Assembly: GCA_963742115.1 (NCBI GenBank)
Contig: CAVUKQ010000004.1
Coordinates: 582,582 to 646,581 of the forward strand
DNA: 64,000 nucleotides
Direction: 5' to 3'
Source: an uncultured Gammaproteobacteria bacterium
GTDB taxonomy: Bacteria > Pseudomonadota > Gammaproteobacteria > Steroidobacterales > Rariloculaceae
Shown here: piece after piece, positions 19,652 through 30,239 of the stretch
How positions within the stretch are numbered: the stretch's first letter is position 1
How the letters are laid out: the number at the start of each line of letters is the position of its first letter
Notes under the pieces: model-generated
Told to the model about the DNA's origin: nothing
Database searches by the model: none
What the model saw: only the letters and a program-made list of their open reading frames with translations
Translations under genes and position numbers: made by a program

Positions 19652-20936
19652 TCAGACTTCGGACAGCGGTCCCGTGCTGTCGCCGAACTTCTCGATCTCG
19701 TTCGCCGGCACGCCCGCGCGCTCGAGCATGGTCACGAGGATGTTCGCGTGCGGCGTGTCCTGCTTGTAGTGCAGATGCTGGTTGCCCTTGATGCCGCCGC
19801 CTCGGCCTATCAGAGCCTGCGGCAGCGGATCGTTGTTGTGCGCATCGCTGTTCGCCATGTTGCTGCCGAACAGGATGATCGAGCGGTCGAGCAGCGAGCC
19901 GTCGCCGTCCGGCGTATCGCTGAGGCGCTGCGCGAACTTCGCGAACACCTCCGTGTGCCAGTGCTGGATCTTTCGCAGGTTCGCGATGCGCTCCGGGAAC
20001 CCGCCCCAGTGCGACGTCGGATGGAACGCCTCATGGATGTCGAGGTGCGGATAGGTCCGCATGCTGGCTTCCTCGACCATCTTCATCGTGACCACGTTCG
20101 TGCGGTTCGTCTGCCAAGCGAGCGCGAACAGCTCGAACTGGACGCCGAGCAGCTCGCCGAAGTCGTCCGGCGCGCCGATCGGCGCATCGGGAAGATCGGT
20201 GAGCGATTGATCGCTCGCCTTGAGCTTCTGCACGCGTTGCTCGACCTCGCGGACCGAATCGAGATAGCTCGCGACCTTCGCGCGATCGCCCGCGTCGAGC
20301 TTGCGATTCAAGCTCGCGGTGGACTCGCGCACGTAGTCGAGCAGGCTCGTCGTCGTGCTCATGTTCGCCTGCCGCTCCTCGCGCGTTTGGCCCTGACCGA
20401 ACATCGAGACGAACACCTTGCGCGGATTGCCTTCCATCGGCAGCGGTTGATCCGGCGTGCGGAACGAGATCTTCCCGCCGGGTTCGCCGCAGATCTCCAT
20501 GGACGGCATCGTCACGTCGTTGGTGAGATAGCGCGCCGCGAGCTGATCGGCCGTGACGCCGACGCCCGTCTCCGCCTTCCGGTTGCGCGGATGCACGCCG
20601 TTCAGCCAGGTCTCCTCGACGTTGTTGTGCGGCACCCCACCCTCACCGGCCTTGTTGCGCAGGCCGCTCACCACGGTGACGTAGTCGCGCAGCGGCTCGA
20701 GCGGCTTGAAGGATGAACGGGAAATCGGGGTTGCGGCCGACGGTCTTCGGCTGCCACTCGTCCTGCAGCGCGCCGTGCGGGAAATAGATGAAGCCGAGCC
20801 GCGCGGCCGGCGCCGCGGCCGTCTGCGCGAGGGCCGTGCCGGCCGGGATCATCGCGTCGAGCAGCGGCAGCGCGATCGTCGCGCCGGCGCCCTTGAGCAC
20901 CGCGCGGCGGGACAGATGTTTGCGCGTCAAGAACAT
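19652..20936 (-). CDS. DUF1552 family Tat-exported protein; one +1 frameshift near 20709
   Basis: LSRRAVLKGAGATIALPLLDAM, FIYFPHG, YLDSVREVE, GSLLD.SIILFGSNM..SD.H. Confidence 0.85.
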
Positions 20937-21017
20937 GGCTATGAACCTCTAAATCCTTGCTCTAAGTCTGACTCTAGTGCTGGCCTTAGTTCTAGCGGCC
21001 CGCTCTCACCCTAAAGC

Positions 21018-23471
21018 TTACTTCAGGGACGCCTGCTTGAGGCCGGCGGGCGCCTGCGTCAAGCCGTCGTTCTGTAGCTCGCGCTTGCGGAACTGGTCGC
21101 TCGATACGATGCCGAGCACGAGCGACTCGAAGCGATAGTCGTCGTCCGCGGCCTCGCGCACGATCGCGCGGACCGTCGGCATGTCGCGATAGTCGAGGCT
21201 GCGGCCGAGCCCGAACGTCATCAAGTTCTCGGTCAGCGCCTCGACGAACTGCTCCGGGTGCTTCGCGATGGCGCGGCGCAGGTCGCCCGGCCCGTTGATC
21301 GACGTGCCGTCGGGCAGCACGCCGCTCGCGTCGATCGGCGTGAGCGTGTCCGGATCGGCCGTGCGGAATTGACCCACCGCGCTGAACGGCTCGAGCGCGA
21401 AGCCGAGCGGATCCATCACGCCGTGGCACATGAAGCAGGTCGGATTCTCGCGGTGCTTCTCGAGCCGCGCGCGCAGCGTCTTCGGCTCCTCGCCGCGCTT
21501 GTTCTCGGCGAGCGTCGGCACGAGCGGCGGCGGCGCCGGAGGCGGCGCGCCCAATAAATGCTCTAACACCCACGCGCCGCGCAGCACGGGCGACGTGCGG
21601 TTCGGGTACGCCGTGAGCATCTGGATCGCGCCTTTGCCGAGCAATCCGTAGCGCGAGTCGTCGGGCAGCGTGACCTTGCGGAAGCGCGCGCCCTTGACGG
21701 TCTCGATGCCGTAGTGCATCGCGAGGCGCTCGTTCAGGAACGTGTAGTCCGCGGTGAGCAGCGCCAGCACGCTTTGATCGCTGCGCAGCACGCTGTCGAT
21801 GAAGAGCCCGAGCTCCTCCTTCATCATGTCGCGCGGATCGAGCAAGCCGCTCGCCTGCGGGAACGCGCCGCGGTCCGGTACGATCGTGTCGAGCTTCGCG
21901 AGGCCGAGCCACTGAAACGCGAAATCGTCGACGAGCGCCTTCGCGCGGTCGTCCGCCAGCATCCGCTTCACTTGCGCGGCCAACACGCGCGGCTTGCTCA
22001 AGCGCTGCGCCTCCGCGAGCCGCAGCAGCTCGTCGTCCGGCACGCTGCCCCACAAGAAGAAGGAGAGGCGCGACGCGAGCTCGAGGTCGTTCAGCGTGAT
22101 CGCGCCCGCGCCTTCGCCGTTCTCCGCGCGGTAGATGAAGTGCGGGCTCGCGAGGACCGCCGACAGTGCATCGCGGACGCCGGTTTCGAAGCCGCCCTGC
22201 TGATAGCCCGCGTCGTAGAACGCCATCAGGCCCTCGAGGTCGGAGCCATCCACCGGTCGGCGGAACGCACGCTCCGCGAGGTTCGCGACGATCTGGGTCG
22301 CGCACGTTCGCTCGGGGGCTTCGCTCGGATGACAGATGAAAATCTTCTGCCGGCTCTTCGAGTCGCCGATGCCGGTGGCCTTCAACGGCCCGCGGATCTG
22401 CAGCGCGTGCGCCGCCTGGATACGCTCCTGGCCGCCCTCTAGCGCGATCGTGCGCGTGCGCTCGTCACTTTCCGCGAAGCTGCGGTGCACGAACGTGACG
22501 GCGAGCTGATGTTGACCGGCCGTCGCGTGGAACGGGATCTTGCGCAACCGCGCGTTGATCGCCTCGACGGCGGGATCGAGCGTTTGATCGATCGCCTTGT
22601 GGTCCTTCTCGCCGCCGATGCTCGTGCGATAGAACTCCTCGCCGTCGAGCAGCACGACGACCGTGTTCTCGAACTCCATTCGCGGTACTTCGCGCGCCAT
22701 CGCCATGTCGCCGATCGTGAGCTCGTACTCGCCGTCTGCCGGGAAATCGTGCACGGTGACGAAGCCGCCGCGCGTGCCGAACGGCAGGCCGGGCAGATGC
22801 TGTTGCTGCCGGCCCGTGCCGGGCGCACCGTCCGGCGGCAGCGAGATCACCATGTTCGCGGGATCACCGTAGGTGGTGGCGATCGGCGGCGCTTTGAGAT
22901 CACCGACCGCTTGCTGTGCGATCGCGCGCGCAGCGTCGATGTATTGGTTGACGAACGCGGGCGACACCTGGAGCGCGTCTGCGTTGTTGTCGAAGTGACC
23001 CGCGACGTTGTCCTGCGGCAGCCATTGGGCCGCGTCGACGTCGAGCGCGAGCAGATCGCGGATCGCGTGCGCGTATTCGCGGCGGTTCAAGCGGTGGAGC
23101 GACACGCGGCCGGGCGGGGGCGCGGAATCGGCCGCGGCCGTATCGATCTCGGTTTCGAGCCACGCGACGAGATTCGCGGCGGCTTGGGGCTCTGGGCGCG
23201 GGCCGCCGGCAGGCGGCATGAGACCGCTGCGCACCTTGCGGATCGCTTTCTCCCACACTTCGGCGTCGGCCGCGACGGTGTCGGGAGACATCTTGTCGAA
23301 CGCGCGGTCGCCGGCCATGTCGTCGCGGTTGTGGCAGTCGAAGCAGTACTTCTTCACGGTCGCCCACTGCTCCGCATTCGAGTAGTGCGGTTGCGGCCGC
23401 ACGAGCACGGCGACGCCGGCGGCGATTGCTACGCCGACCACGGCTACGGGTATGGCAAGCTTGAGCTTCAC
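21018..23471 (-). CDS. DUF1592-family (DUF1587/1595/1592/1588/1585) di-heme cytochrome c protein
   Basis: CFDCH and CFMCH; RLNRREY, LASRLSFFLW.S.PD, TSPVLRG, MDPLGFALE; GAAGGGGAG RBS before GTG at 23471. Confidence 0.9.
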   Translation of the reverse strand: MKLKLAIPVAVVGVAIAAGVAVLVRPQPHYSNAEQWATVKKYCFDCHNRDDMAGDRAFDKMSPDTVAADAEVWEKAIRKVRSGLMPPAGGPRPEPQAAANLVAWLETEIDTAAADSAPPPGRVSLHRLNRREYAHAIRDLLALDVDAAQWLPQDNVAGHFDNNADALQVSPAFVNQYIDAARAIAQQAVGDLKAPPIATTYGDPANMVISLPPDGAPGTGRQQQHLPGLPFGTRGGFVTVHDFPADGEYELTIGDMAMAREVPRMEFENTVVVLLDGEEFYRTSIGGEKDHKAIDQTLDPAVEAINARLRKIPFHATAGQHQLAVTFVHRSFAESDERTRTIALEGGQERIQAAHALQIRGPLKATGIGDSKSRQKIFICHPSEAPERTCATQIVANLAERAFRRPVDGSDLEGLMAFYDAGYQQGGFETGVRDALSAVLASPHFIYRAENGEGAGAITLNDLELASRLSFFLWGSVPDDELLRLAEAQRLSKPRVLAAQVKRMLADDRAKALVDDFAFQWLGLAKLDTIVPDRGAFPQASGLLDPRDMMKEELGLFIDSVLRSDQSVLALLTADYTFLNERLAMHYGIETVKGARFRKVTLPDDSRYGLLGKGAIQMLTAYPNRTSPVLRGAWVLEHLLGAPPPAPPPLVPTLAENKRGEEPKTLRARLEKHRENPTCFMCHGVMDPLGFALEPFSAVGQFRTADPDTLTPIDASGVLPDGTSINGPGDLRRAIAKHPEQFVEALTENLMTFGLGRSLDYRDMPTVRAIVREAADDDYRFESLVLGIVSSDQFRKRELQNDGLTQAPAGLKQASLK

Positions 23472-23782
23472 TGCGTGCGTTGCTCCCCTTCGAGGCACCG
23501 TCCCGGCCCGCTGGCAGGCGGGCGACCACTCCTTATATAGGAGTCCCGCCACCGGGCAAGGGCGGGACTTAAGATTTTCCGGTGGCGGAGCGGTCTTGTC
23601 GAGCGTTTGGCGCCCCCCACGTGGGCCGATCAGCCCCGAGCTTCGGACCCGATACCGGCGCGAGCCGCCCGCCGTAACGTTCTCAGGGATTCGTCCCCGG
23701 CCCCGCCCACCATAGGTTAAGTTTTATTGCGCGCGTGATCGTTGGACGTGAATTGACGGGAATCGGCAGGCGCGCGACGGCA

Positions 23783-24646
23783 TCACTCGAGCTTGTCGAT
23801 CACCTGGCCGCTCGGATCGAGGGTCAAGGTCCGCCCGTCGCTCGTGACGGGGTTGCGGTTGTTCTCGGCGCACGCGTAGTCGTACACCGTGCTGCCCGGC
23901 GGCAGCCGCGTGTAAGTGAACGCGACGGGCCAGGGTCGCGTCAGCGCCTCGGAGTCCACGAGCACGAGCGACACGAGCAATCGGTCGGGCGCGATCAAGC
24001 GGATCCGCGTGGTCGTCTCGAGCTTGTCGCTCATCACCAAACCGGTCCGCGCGAGAATCGTCGACCCGACGCCCTTGAGGCCGATCGAGTGAAAGACGAG
24101 CTCGTCTTTCTCCCAACGGCCTACGTTATTGCCGGTGTAGGTGGCCCACATGTCCTCCGTCGCCGGGTGCGCTCGGCCGTCGGTATACACGCGGACGAGA
24201 TTCGGCCCGTTTTCCGCCAGCAGCCAGGTCTGCTCCGGGCGGATCACGAACTCGTACGCGTCGGGCAGCGCGAGCATTCGCGGCCAACCGGCCGGCGTGC
24301 CGCACAACGAGATCGGATCCGGAAACCGATCCGCCGCAATGCGCGCGAGATTCTCGCGGTAGATCGCGTCGAACTTCGGCGTGTAGGGCGGTTTACGGCG
24401 CGGCGAGTCGGCCGCGGGCGGCGGCTCTAGGGCTTGCTCGGGCGTGGACTCGTAGAACGCGCCGGTCGAGCGAGCCCAGGCACCGCTCCAGTCCGGCAAG
24501 TCCGCCGCGCTCGGCAACGACTGCGCCGACGCGCCGAAGCCGCGGCCGAGGACGAAGGCGACGAGCGCGGCGACCGCGACCCGCTCCGTGACCGCGAAAC
24601 GGCTCGGCCGAGCGATCGCAGCCGCGCGCCCCGACATGCGGCTCAT
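23783..24646 (-). CDS. Exported hypothetical protein, partner of DUF6152
   Basis: ATGA overlap with DUF6152 gene; PDWSGAW, DPISLC..AGWPR, G..VGRWE.D.LV, YACAENNRN. Confidence 0.75.
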   Translation of the reverse strand: MSRMSGRAAAIARPSRFAVTERVAVAALVAFVLGRGFGASAQSLPSAADLPDWSGAWARSTGAFYESTPEQALEPPPAADSPRRKPPYTPKFDAIYRENLARIAADRFPDPISLCGTPAGWPRMLALPDAYEFVIRPEQTWLLAENGPNLVRVYTDGRAHPATEDMWATYTGNNVGRWEKDELVFHSIGLKGVGSTILARTGLVMSDKLETTTRIRLIAPDRLLVSLVLVDSEALTRPWPVAFTYTRLPPGSTVYDYACAENNRNPVTSDGRTLTLDPSGQVIDKLE

Positions 24647-25107
24647 CTCGGCGTCGGCGGCGCGGGCGGCGGCGTTGCCGGCGGCGCGGGCGGCGGGCTC
24701 GCGGCGCCGGGGCCGAGCACGCGTCCGTCCGCGAGCGTGACCGTGTACAGGAGGCCGGCGGGCGTACCGTCCTTCATCGGATTCGCGACGATCGTCACCG
24801 CGTCGCCGGCTTTGAGCATGGATGGCTTCCACCCTTGGCGAGACAGCGTGTTCGGGCTGCCGCACTCGAAGCTCCAGTCGGCCGGCTTGCCGTCCGCTCC
24901 GGACACGACCATCTGAATCCACGCGTGTGGATTCGTCCACTGGAAGTCCTTGATCGTGCCGTTCAACGTGACGCGCTTCTCGGGCTCGAACATCGCGGTC
25001 GAATGGTGGGCGCTTGCCGCGCGCGGCGCGGTAATGGCGGTGGCGATGTCGATCGCGATCGCAATGGCGATCAGTGGCCGAGTCGGGCCGACGCGGATTC
25101 GGTTCAT
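24643..25107 (-). CDS. DUF6152 family protein
   Basis: Signal peptide then AHHS.AMF, FQWTNPHAWI, W.FE.GSP..L.R.GW. Confidence 0.85.
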   Translation of the reverse strand: MNRIRVGPTRPLIAIAIAIDIATAITAPRAASAHHSTAMFEPEKRVTLNGTIKDFQWTNPHAWIQMVVSGADGKPADWSFECGSPNTLSRQGWKPSMLKAGDAVTIVANPMKDGTPAGLLYTVTLADGRVLGPGAASPPPAPPATPPPAPPTPR

Positions 25108-25457
25108 GGTGCCCCCGTCGTCGAGCGGTGGCGCCCGACGTGCTCTGATTGTTTCGTAAACGACGCGAGAGCGTCAACGTGGCTCGCGGACGTCCGCTGT
25201 TCCACTTCCAACTCGGCCGGATCTGGCGCAGGCCTTCAAACTGCGTCGACGACGCGGTGCGCTGAGTGCGAGGCGCCAACCTCCCTCGGCGCGCAGCGCG
25301 ACGAGAGGGTCCGGACACTCGCCGCCCGCGGCCGTCGGCGGCCGACCCCGTCTCGTTCACGGGAACGCGGCGTGTCAAATCGCGGGACGGCGGAAGGCGC
25401 CCGTTGCAGTGCCGCCGCGTTCGCAACACCATGCGCGCTCGATAACGCGAGCAGCGG

Positions 25458-26174
25458 ATGGGATCGGCGGTGAATCAGCGCGAACAGTTTCGGCTCGGCC
25501 TCAAGGAGATCATCGGACCCTCGCTCGGGATCTCCGCCTGGGCGCTCGTAACGGGCGTCGCGATGATCAAGACCGGCATGTCCGTGCCGCTCGCGATGCT
25601 CATGAGCATCGTCGTCTACGCGGGTAGCGCGCAGCTCGCCGCGTTGCCGCTGATCGCCGCGGGCGCGCCGCTCTGGGTGCTCTGGGCGACGGCATTCTGC
25701 ATGAACCTGCGCTTCGTCATCTTCAGCGCTCAATGGCGCAAGTACTTCGGCCACCTGCCGCGCGCGCAGCGGCTCGCGCTCGGCTACCTCGCGACCGATC
25801 TCAACTACGTCTTGTTCCTGCGCCGCTTCCCGAACCTCAAGCCCGCGCCGGGGCAGATACCGTACTTCCTCGGCAGCGCCTCTTGGAGCTGGTTCTGCTG
25901 GCAGGTGCCCGCGTGGATCGGCATCGCGCTCGCCGACCGCATCCCGACCGACTGGGGGCTCGGGTTCGCGGGCGTGCTCGCGCTGCTCGGCCTCGCTTAC
26001 TCGACGCTGTCGGGGCGCAACAGCTGGATCGCGGCGGGTGTCGCCGCCGCGGCGGCCGTCGCGGCGTTTCATTTGCCGCTGCGGCTCAACATCGTCGTCG
26101 CGATCGCCGCAGGCGTCGCGATCGGCATGCTGCTCGACCGCACCTGGCCCGACACGGCGGAGGCTCGACGTTGA
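25458..26174 (+). CDS. azlC: AzlC family branched-chain amino acid exporter subunit
   Basis: VYAGSAQLAA, MNLRF, GLGFAG; start could be GTG at 25470. Confidence 0.85.
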   Translation: MGSAVNQREQFRLGLKEIIGPSLGISAWALVTGVAMIKTGMSVPLAMLMSIVVYAGSAQLAALPLIAAGAPLWVLWATAFCMNLRFVIFSAQWRKYFGHLPRAQRLALGYLATDLNYVLFLRRFPNLKPAPGQIPYFLGSASWSWFCWQVPAWIGIALADRIPTDWGLGFAGVLALLGLAYSTLSGRNSWIAAGVAAAAAVAAFHLPLRLNIVVAIAAGVAIGMLLDRTWPDTAEARR

Positions 26175-26503
26175 TGTCCCCGACACAAGTGCTCGTCGGG
26201 ATCCTCGGCATGGGCGTGATAACGGTCGTCACGCGCGGCTTCTTCCTGCTGTCGGAGCGCGAGTGGCCGCTGCCGGCGTGGCTCGGGCGCGGCTTGCGCT
26301 ACGCGCCGCTCGCGGCGCTCGCCGCGATCATCGCACCCGAAGTGCTGCTCTCGGACGGCTCGCTCGTGGCCAGTTGGCGGGACCCGGAGCTGCTCGCCGT
26401 CGCTGCCGGCACGGCCTATTTTTTTTGGCAGCGCGGCATCTTCGGCACGATCGTCGCCGGGACGGCCATGATGCTCGCGGCGAAGCTTGGGCTCGGGTGG
26501 TAG
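26174..26503 (+). CDS. azlD: AzlD family subunit
   Basis: TGATG overlap with azlC; LRYAPLAALAAIIAP; 109 aa hydrophobic. Confidence 0.85.
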   Translation: MSPTQVLVGILGMGVITVVTRGFFLLSEREWPLPAWLGRGLRYAPLAALAAIIAPEVLLSDGSLVASWRDPELLAVAAGTAYFFWQRGIFGTIVAGTAMMLAAKLGLGW

Positions 26504-26512
26504 CGCGTCGAG

Positions 26513-29107
26513 TTAGGGCGGCAACGCGAACACGTACAGCGCATGCCCGCGATTCGGCGGCTGGATCTCCGGCGTGATGATCGACGGCACGCCGCGCGGG
26601 CTGCCGCCGCCCAATCCCGTGCCGACCGCGACGTACTGGCGCCCGTCCACCTCGAACGAGATCGGGAAGCCCTGCACGGACGTCGCGAGCGACGTCTGCC
26701 ACAACACCTTGCCGTCGCGCACGTCGACGGCCTTGAAGCTGCGGTCGAGATCACCCGCGAACGCCACGCCGCCGCCCGTCGACAGCACGCCCGTCAGGAA
26801 CGACGCGCGCTGCTGCAACGACCAGGTCTCTTCCATCGTGTCCACGTTGAACGCGCCGAGCTTGCCGACGTTGCCGTTCGTGCCCGGCATCGTGTAGTAG
26901 CGGCGGTCCGCGCCGCCGCCGCTGCCGCCGCCCGGCTTCTGCTCGATCGGCTGCGCGCGCAGCGACATGCAGCTCTGCGACAGCGGAATGATCACTTGGC
27001 GCGACGGGCGGTGATAGCTCATCGGGTGCCAGTTCTTGCCGCCCGCCGTGCTCGGGCACGCGTCCACCCACTCGCCGACCTTCGCGTCGAGAATGTCGGG
27101 GCGATAGCGCGGCGTGCCGGTCTCGCGATCGAAGCTCGCCCACACGTTCTGGAACACCGTCTCGACGTGATCGAGGTACGCGCCGCTCTTGCGGTCGTGC
27201 TTCCAGAGCACGCCGTCCTTGCCGACCGAGAGCACCCACTTGTCGCGGCCCGGGCCGTCGATCAGCACGCGCTCGAACACCACGTCGAGATCGAATGCTT
27301 CGCCCGGCGCGTGCGAGTAGTACCACGCGAGCTTGCCCGTGCCCGCGTCGAGCGCGAGCGTGGAGCTCGAGTAGAGCGCGACGTCCGTGCCCTTCATGCC
27401 GCGGCTCGCGGGCATCCACGGCTTCGACTGCGTCGTGCCCCAGTACGTGAGGTTCAGGTCGGGATCGTAGCTGCCGGTGATCCAGCTCTCCGCCCCCGCG
27501 CGATAGAGGTCCGGCAGGTCGCCCCAGCTATCGCCGCCCGGTTCGCCCGAGAGCGCCACCGTGCGGAAGCGCCACTTCTGCGCGCCCGTCTCGGGGTCGT
27601 ACGCGCTGATGAAGCACTTGTTGTTCTCGTAGACGGTGCACGTGCCCATGCCCTGGATCAGCAGTCCGTTCGCGACGAGCGGGCCGCTGTTGGTGGCGTA
27701 GACGTCCGGCATCTTCACGTTCCAGATCGTCTCGCCCGTCGCCGCGTCGAGCGCGATCAAGCGCGCTTCCTGCGGGCGCACGGCCCACTCCTCGGCGCTT
27801 TGGAAGATCAGCTTGTTGCCGTACAGCGCCATGCCGCGCGGCGCGATGTCCGCGCCCACGTGATGCTCCCAGATCAGCCGGCCCGTGCGCGCGTCGAGCG
27901 CTTGCAGCACGCCGCCCGTGTTCGCGAGGAACATCGTGCCGTTGTAGACGATCGGCGCCGGTTGATTCGTGCCGCCGTCGCGCATCGGCCAGGTCCACGC
28001 GAGCTGCAAGCGGCTCACGTTGCCCGAGGTGATTTGCGTGAGCGGACTGAAGCTCGTGGCGCTGTAGTCGTGGCGCAGCATGAGCCAGTCTTGCGGTGCG
28101 GGATTGCGCAGCGTCGCGTCCGTGACCGGCACGAAGTTCTTCACAGTGCCGTGCACGATCACGCCGGTGGGCTCGGCGGGCTTCGCCGCGGCGCCGCTTC
28201 CAGACGGCCCCGACGCGGCGGCCGCCGCGAGCGCGAACTGCGGATCGAGGCCCGTACCGATCCGCGCGGCCGTCGCGACGGCGAGCGGTTGTGCGTTCGG
28301 CGCGCCGCCGTTCGACTGCAGCACGTACGCGACGATGCCGAGGTACGCGTCCAAGCCGAGCGCGCCGGGACGATCGGGCGGCATCGTGGCGCTCGCCTGC
28401 GCGAGCAGGTCGCTCGTGTTGCGCTCGCCCCATTTCGCGATGAATTCCGGGCCGGCGAGGACCGCGCCCGGGAGCTGGCGCAGCGTGACGCCGTGGCACG
28501 CGGCGCAGCTCTGCTCGAACGCGGCGCGGCCGGCAATGGCCTGCTCTTGTGTGAACGCGAACGCGGGCCGCGTAACGCCGCCACCTGCGAGCACGGCCGC
28601 TGCGGCTGCGGCCTTATATAAGGAGCGCGCTGTTGCGTTCATCGGCGGGAACCTTCGGTGCGTGAGCCAGCCCCACAAGGTGCTGTGATCCGGCAGCACG
28701 CCCTTCTCGGAGTAGATCTGTAGATAAAGCAGCCCGGCCTTGAGCGCGTCGACTTGCTCGGCGCTGAGCTGCACGTTGCCCGAGACGGTGCCGCGCGTGT
28801 CGCCCGCGACACTGAGCTCGGCGATCGCGGGCGCGGGCGTGTTGCCTCGCGCGCCCTTCGCGATTCCCTGGAGCAGCTTCGCGGCGGTGGCTTTCGCGGG
28901 CAGGCCTTCGAACGAGCCCGTGATCGAAAGACGCGAGCCCGAGAGCGTGGCCGTGGCCGAGCCTTCGCCTGCAACGTCGTTGCGCTCGGCGCCGCCGATC
29001 GGGACCCAGCCCAACGGCGCCGTGAAAGTGTTCTGCGCCGCAGCGGGCGCGATCGCGGCGGCGGCCAGCAAAGCGAACGCCAACGCGACGAGCTCAGTTC
29101 TGCGCAT
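26513..29107 (-). CDS. CHRD-like domain fused in frame to cytochrome c + PQQ-dependent dehydrogenase (second signal peptide from ATG 28642)
   Basis: CHRD-like ITGSFEGL...L.AG..Y.QI.SE; CAACH; propeller motifs [29 protein letters not shown]. Confidence 0.85.
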   Translation of the reverse strand: MRRTELVALAFALLAAAAIAPAAAQNTFTAPLGWVPIGGAERNDVAGEGSATATLSGSRLSITGSFEGLPAKATAAKLLQGIAKGARGNTPAPAIAELSVAGDTRGTVSGNVQLSAEQVDALKAGLLYLQIYSEKGVLPDHSTLWGWLTHRRFPPMNATARSLYKAAAAAAVLAGGGVTRPAFAFTQEQAIAGRAAFEQSCAACHGVTLRQLPGAVLAGPEFIAKWGERNTSDLLAQASATMPPDRPGALGLDAYLGIVAYVLQSNGGAPNAQPLAVATAARIGTGLDPQFALAAAAASGPSGSGAAAKPAEPTGVIVHGTVKNFVPVTDATLRNPAPQDWLMLRHDYSATSFSPLTQITSGNVSRLQLAWTWPMRDGGTNQPAPIVYNGTMFLANTGGVLQALDARTGRLIWEHHVGADIAPRGMALYGNKLIFQSAEEWAVRPQEARLIALDAATGETIWNVKMPDVYATNSGPLVANGLLIQGMGTCTVYENNKCFISAYDPETGAQKWRFRTVALSGEPGGDSWGDLPDLYRAGAESWITGSYDPDLNLTYWGTTQSKPWMPASRGMKGTDVALYSSSTLALDAGTGKLAWYYSHAPGEAFDLDVVFERVLIDGPGRDKWVLSVGKDGVLWKHDRKSGAYLDHVETVFQNVWASFDRETGTPRYRPDILDAKVGEWVDACPSTAGGKNWHPMSYHRPSRQVIIPLSQSCMSLRAQPIEQKPGGGSGGGADRRYYTMPGTNGNVGKLGAFNVDTMEETWSLQQRASFLTGVLSTGGGVAFAGDLDRSFKAVDVRDGKVLWQTSLATSVQGFPISFEVDGRQYVAVGTGLGGGSPRGVPSIITPEIQPPNRGHALYVFALPP

Positions 29108-29175
29108 GCTTCGACGCCTCTCCTCTCGTTATGATTCTTCTGACCCGGTCGTAGGCGGCGCGGGGAGTATAGGCG

Positions 29176-29961
29176 CTACTCCGGCTTGCGGAAACGGAAC
29201 GTGATGCGGTCCGTCTGGTTCGCGACCTCGGGGTTGCCGACCTCGAGCGCGAGCGCATCGGCCGGGCTGTAGTGGATCGTCGAGTAATCCTCGAACACGA
29301 AGCCGGCGGCTTGGATCTCTTTGATCATCTGCACCGGATCGACGCGCCGGCCGTTCTCGCGGCTGTTCGGCTCCATGTGGCGACGCGAATGGTCGAGCAC
29401 GCCGTAAACGCCGCCGGGCTTCAACGCGTCGAACACGGCCTTGTTCAGCAGCGCGCGCATCTCGGGCCGGTAGTTGTGCAGGTTGCGGAACGTCACGACG
29501 AGATCGGCGCCCGTCACGCCGAGCGACGTGTCGCGGACGGCGGCGCCATCGCGCGCCGGCCCGAACGTGAGATCGCGCCCGGACTCGCTGATCTCGATCG
29601 CGCCGAGCTCCGCGTGCTCGCGTTTGAGCGCGCGCACGTCGTCGAGCGGCCCGAGCGCGACGTAGAGCTTGCCGCGATCTTTCACCACGGGCGCGATGAT
29701 CTTCGTGAACCATCCGCCGGCCGGCACGAGCTCGATCACCGTGAGGTCCTCGCGCAGCCCGAAGAACGACAGCGTCTCGAGCGGCTTGCGATTGGCGTCG
29801 CGCGCGGTGTCGGCGTCGGTGCGGATATCGCTCGCGATGGCGGCGCGGATGCGGCGCGAGGTTTCGGAGTCGGAGCCGCTGCTACTTTGGGCGGGCGTTT
29901 CCGGAGCGAAGAGCCACAACAACGAGCCGAGGATGCCGAGCTGGACGGAACGCGCGTGCAT
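29176..29961 (-). CDS. Predicted exported class I SAM-dependent methyltransferase
   Basis: RD..RKP.ETL.FFG, ELVPAGGWFT, TFRNLH, LKPGG.YGV.DH. Confidence 0.8.
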   Translation of the reverse strand: MHARSVQLGILGSLLWLFAPETPAQSSSGSDSETSRRIRAAIASDIRTDADTARDANRKPLETLSFFGLREDLTVIELVPAGGWFTKIIAPVVKDRGKLYVALGPLDDVRALKREHAELGAIEISESGRDLTFGPARDGAAVRDTSLGVTGADLVVTFRNLHNYRPEMRALLNKAVFDALKPGGVYGVLDHSRRHMEPNSRENGRRVDPVQMIKEIQAAGFVFEDYSTIHYSPADALALEVGNPEVANQTDRITFRFRKPE

Positions 29962-30239
29962 GAAAGGACCCCCCACGTTTTCGAGTAGCAACTTTAGACG
30001 GGCGGCTCGGCGCCGGTGTCTGAAGAATTGTATTCGTCGCCCCCCATCGCCTTCGCGCCGCGTCGCAACCGACACGACTTAATCTCGGGCACTAAGTGTT
30101 GGATCGCGCCGACATCTGCTGCCGCCCGCGCGGCGCGTGAGCCTGTCGCCATTCGCCGACGTTGCGAGACGGGCACAGTTGCGCGCCCCGGTCCAGAGCT
30201 TAAATTGCTGCGATACCTAATTCGGGAGGCAGCGGAAAT

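Noticed and set aside
23711-23730. AT-rich ATAGGTTAAGTTTTAT as a LysR box
   Set aside because: Spacing is ATA-N10-TAT rather than the T-N11-A dyad, and no regulator is nearby
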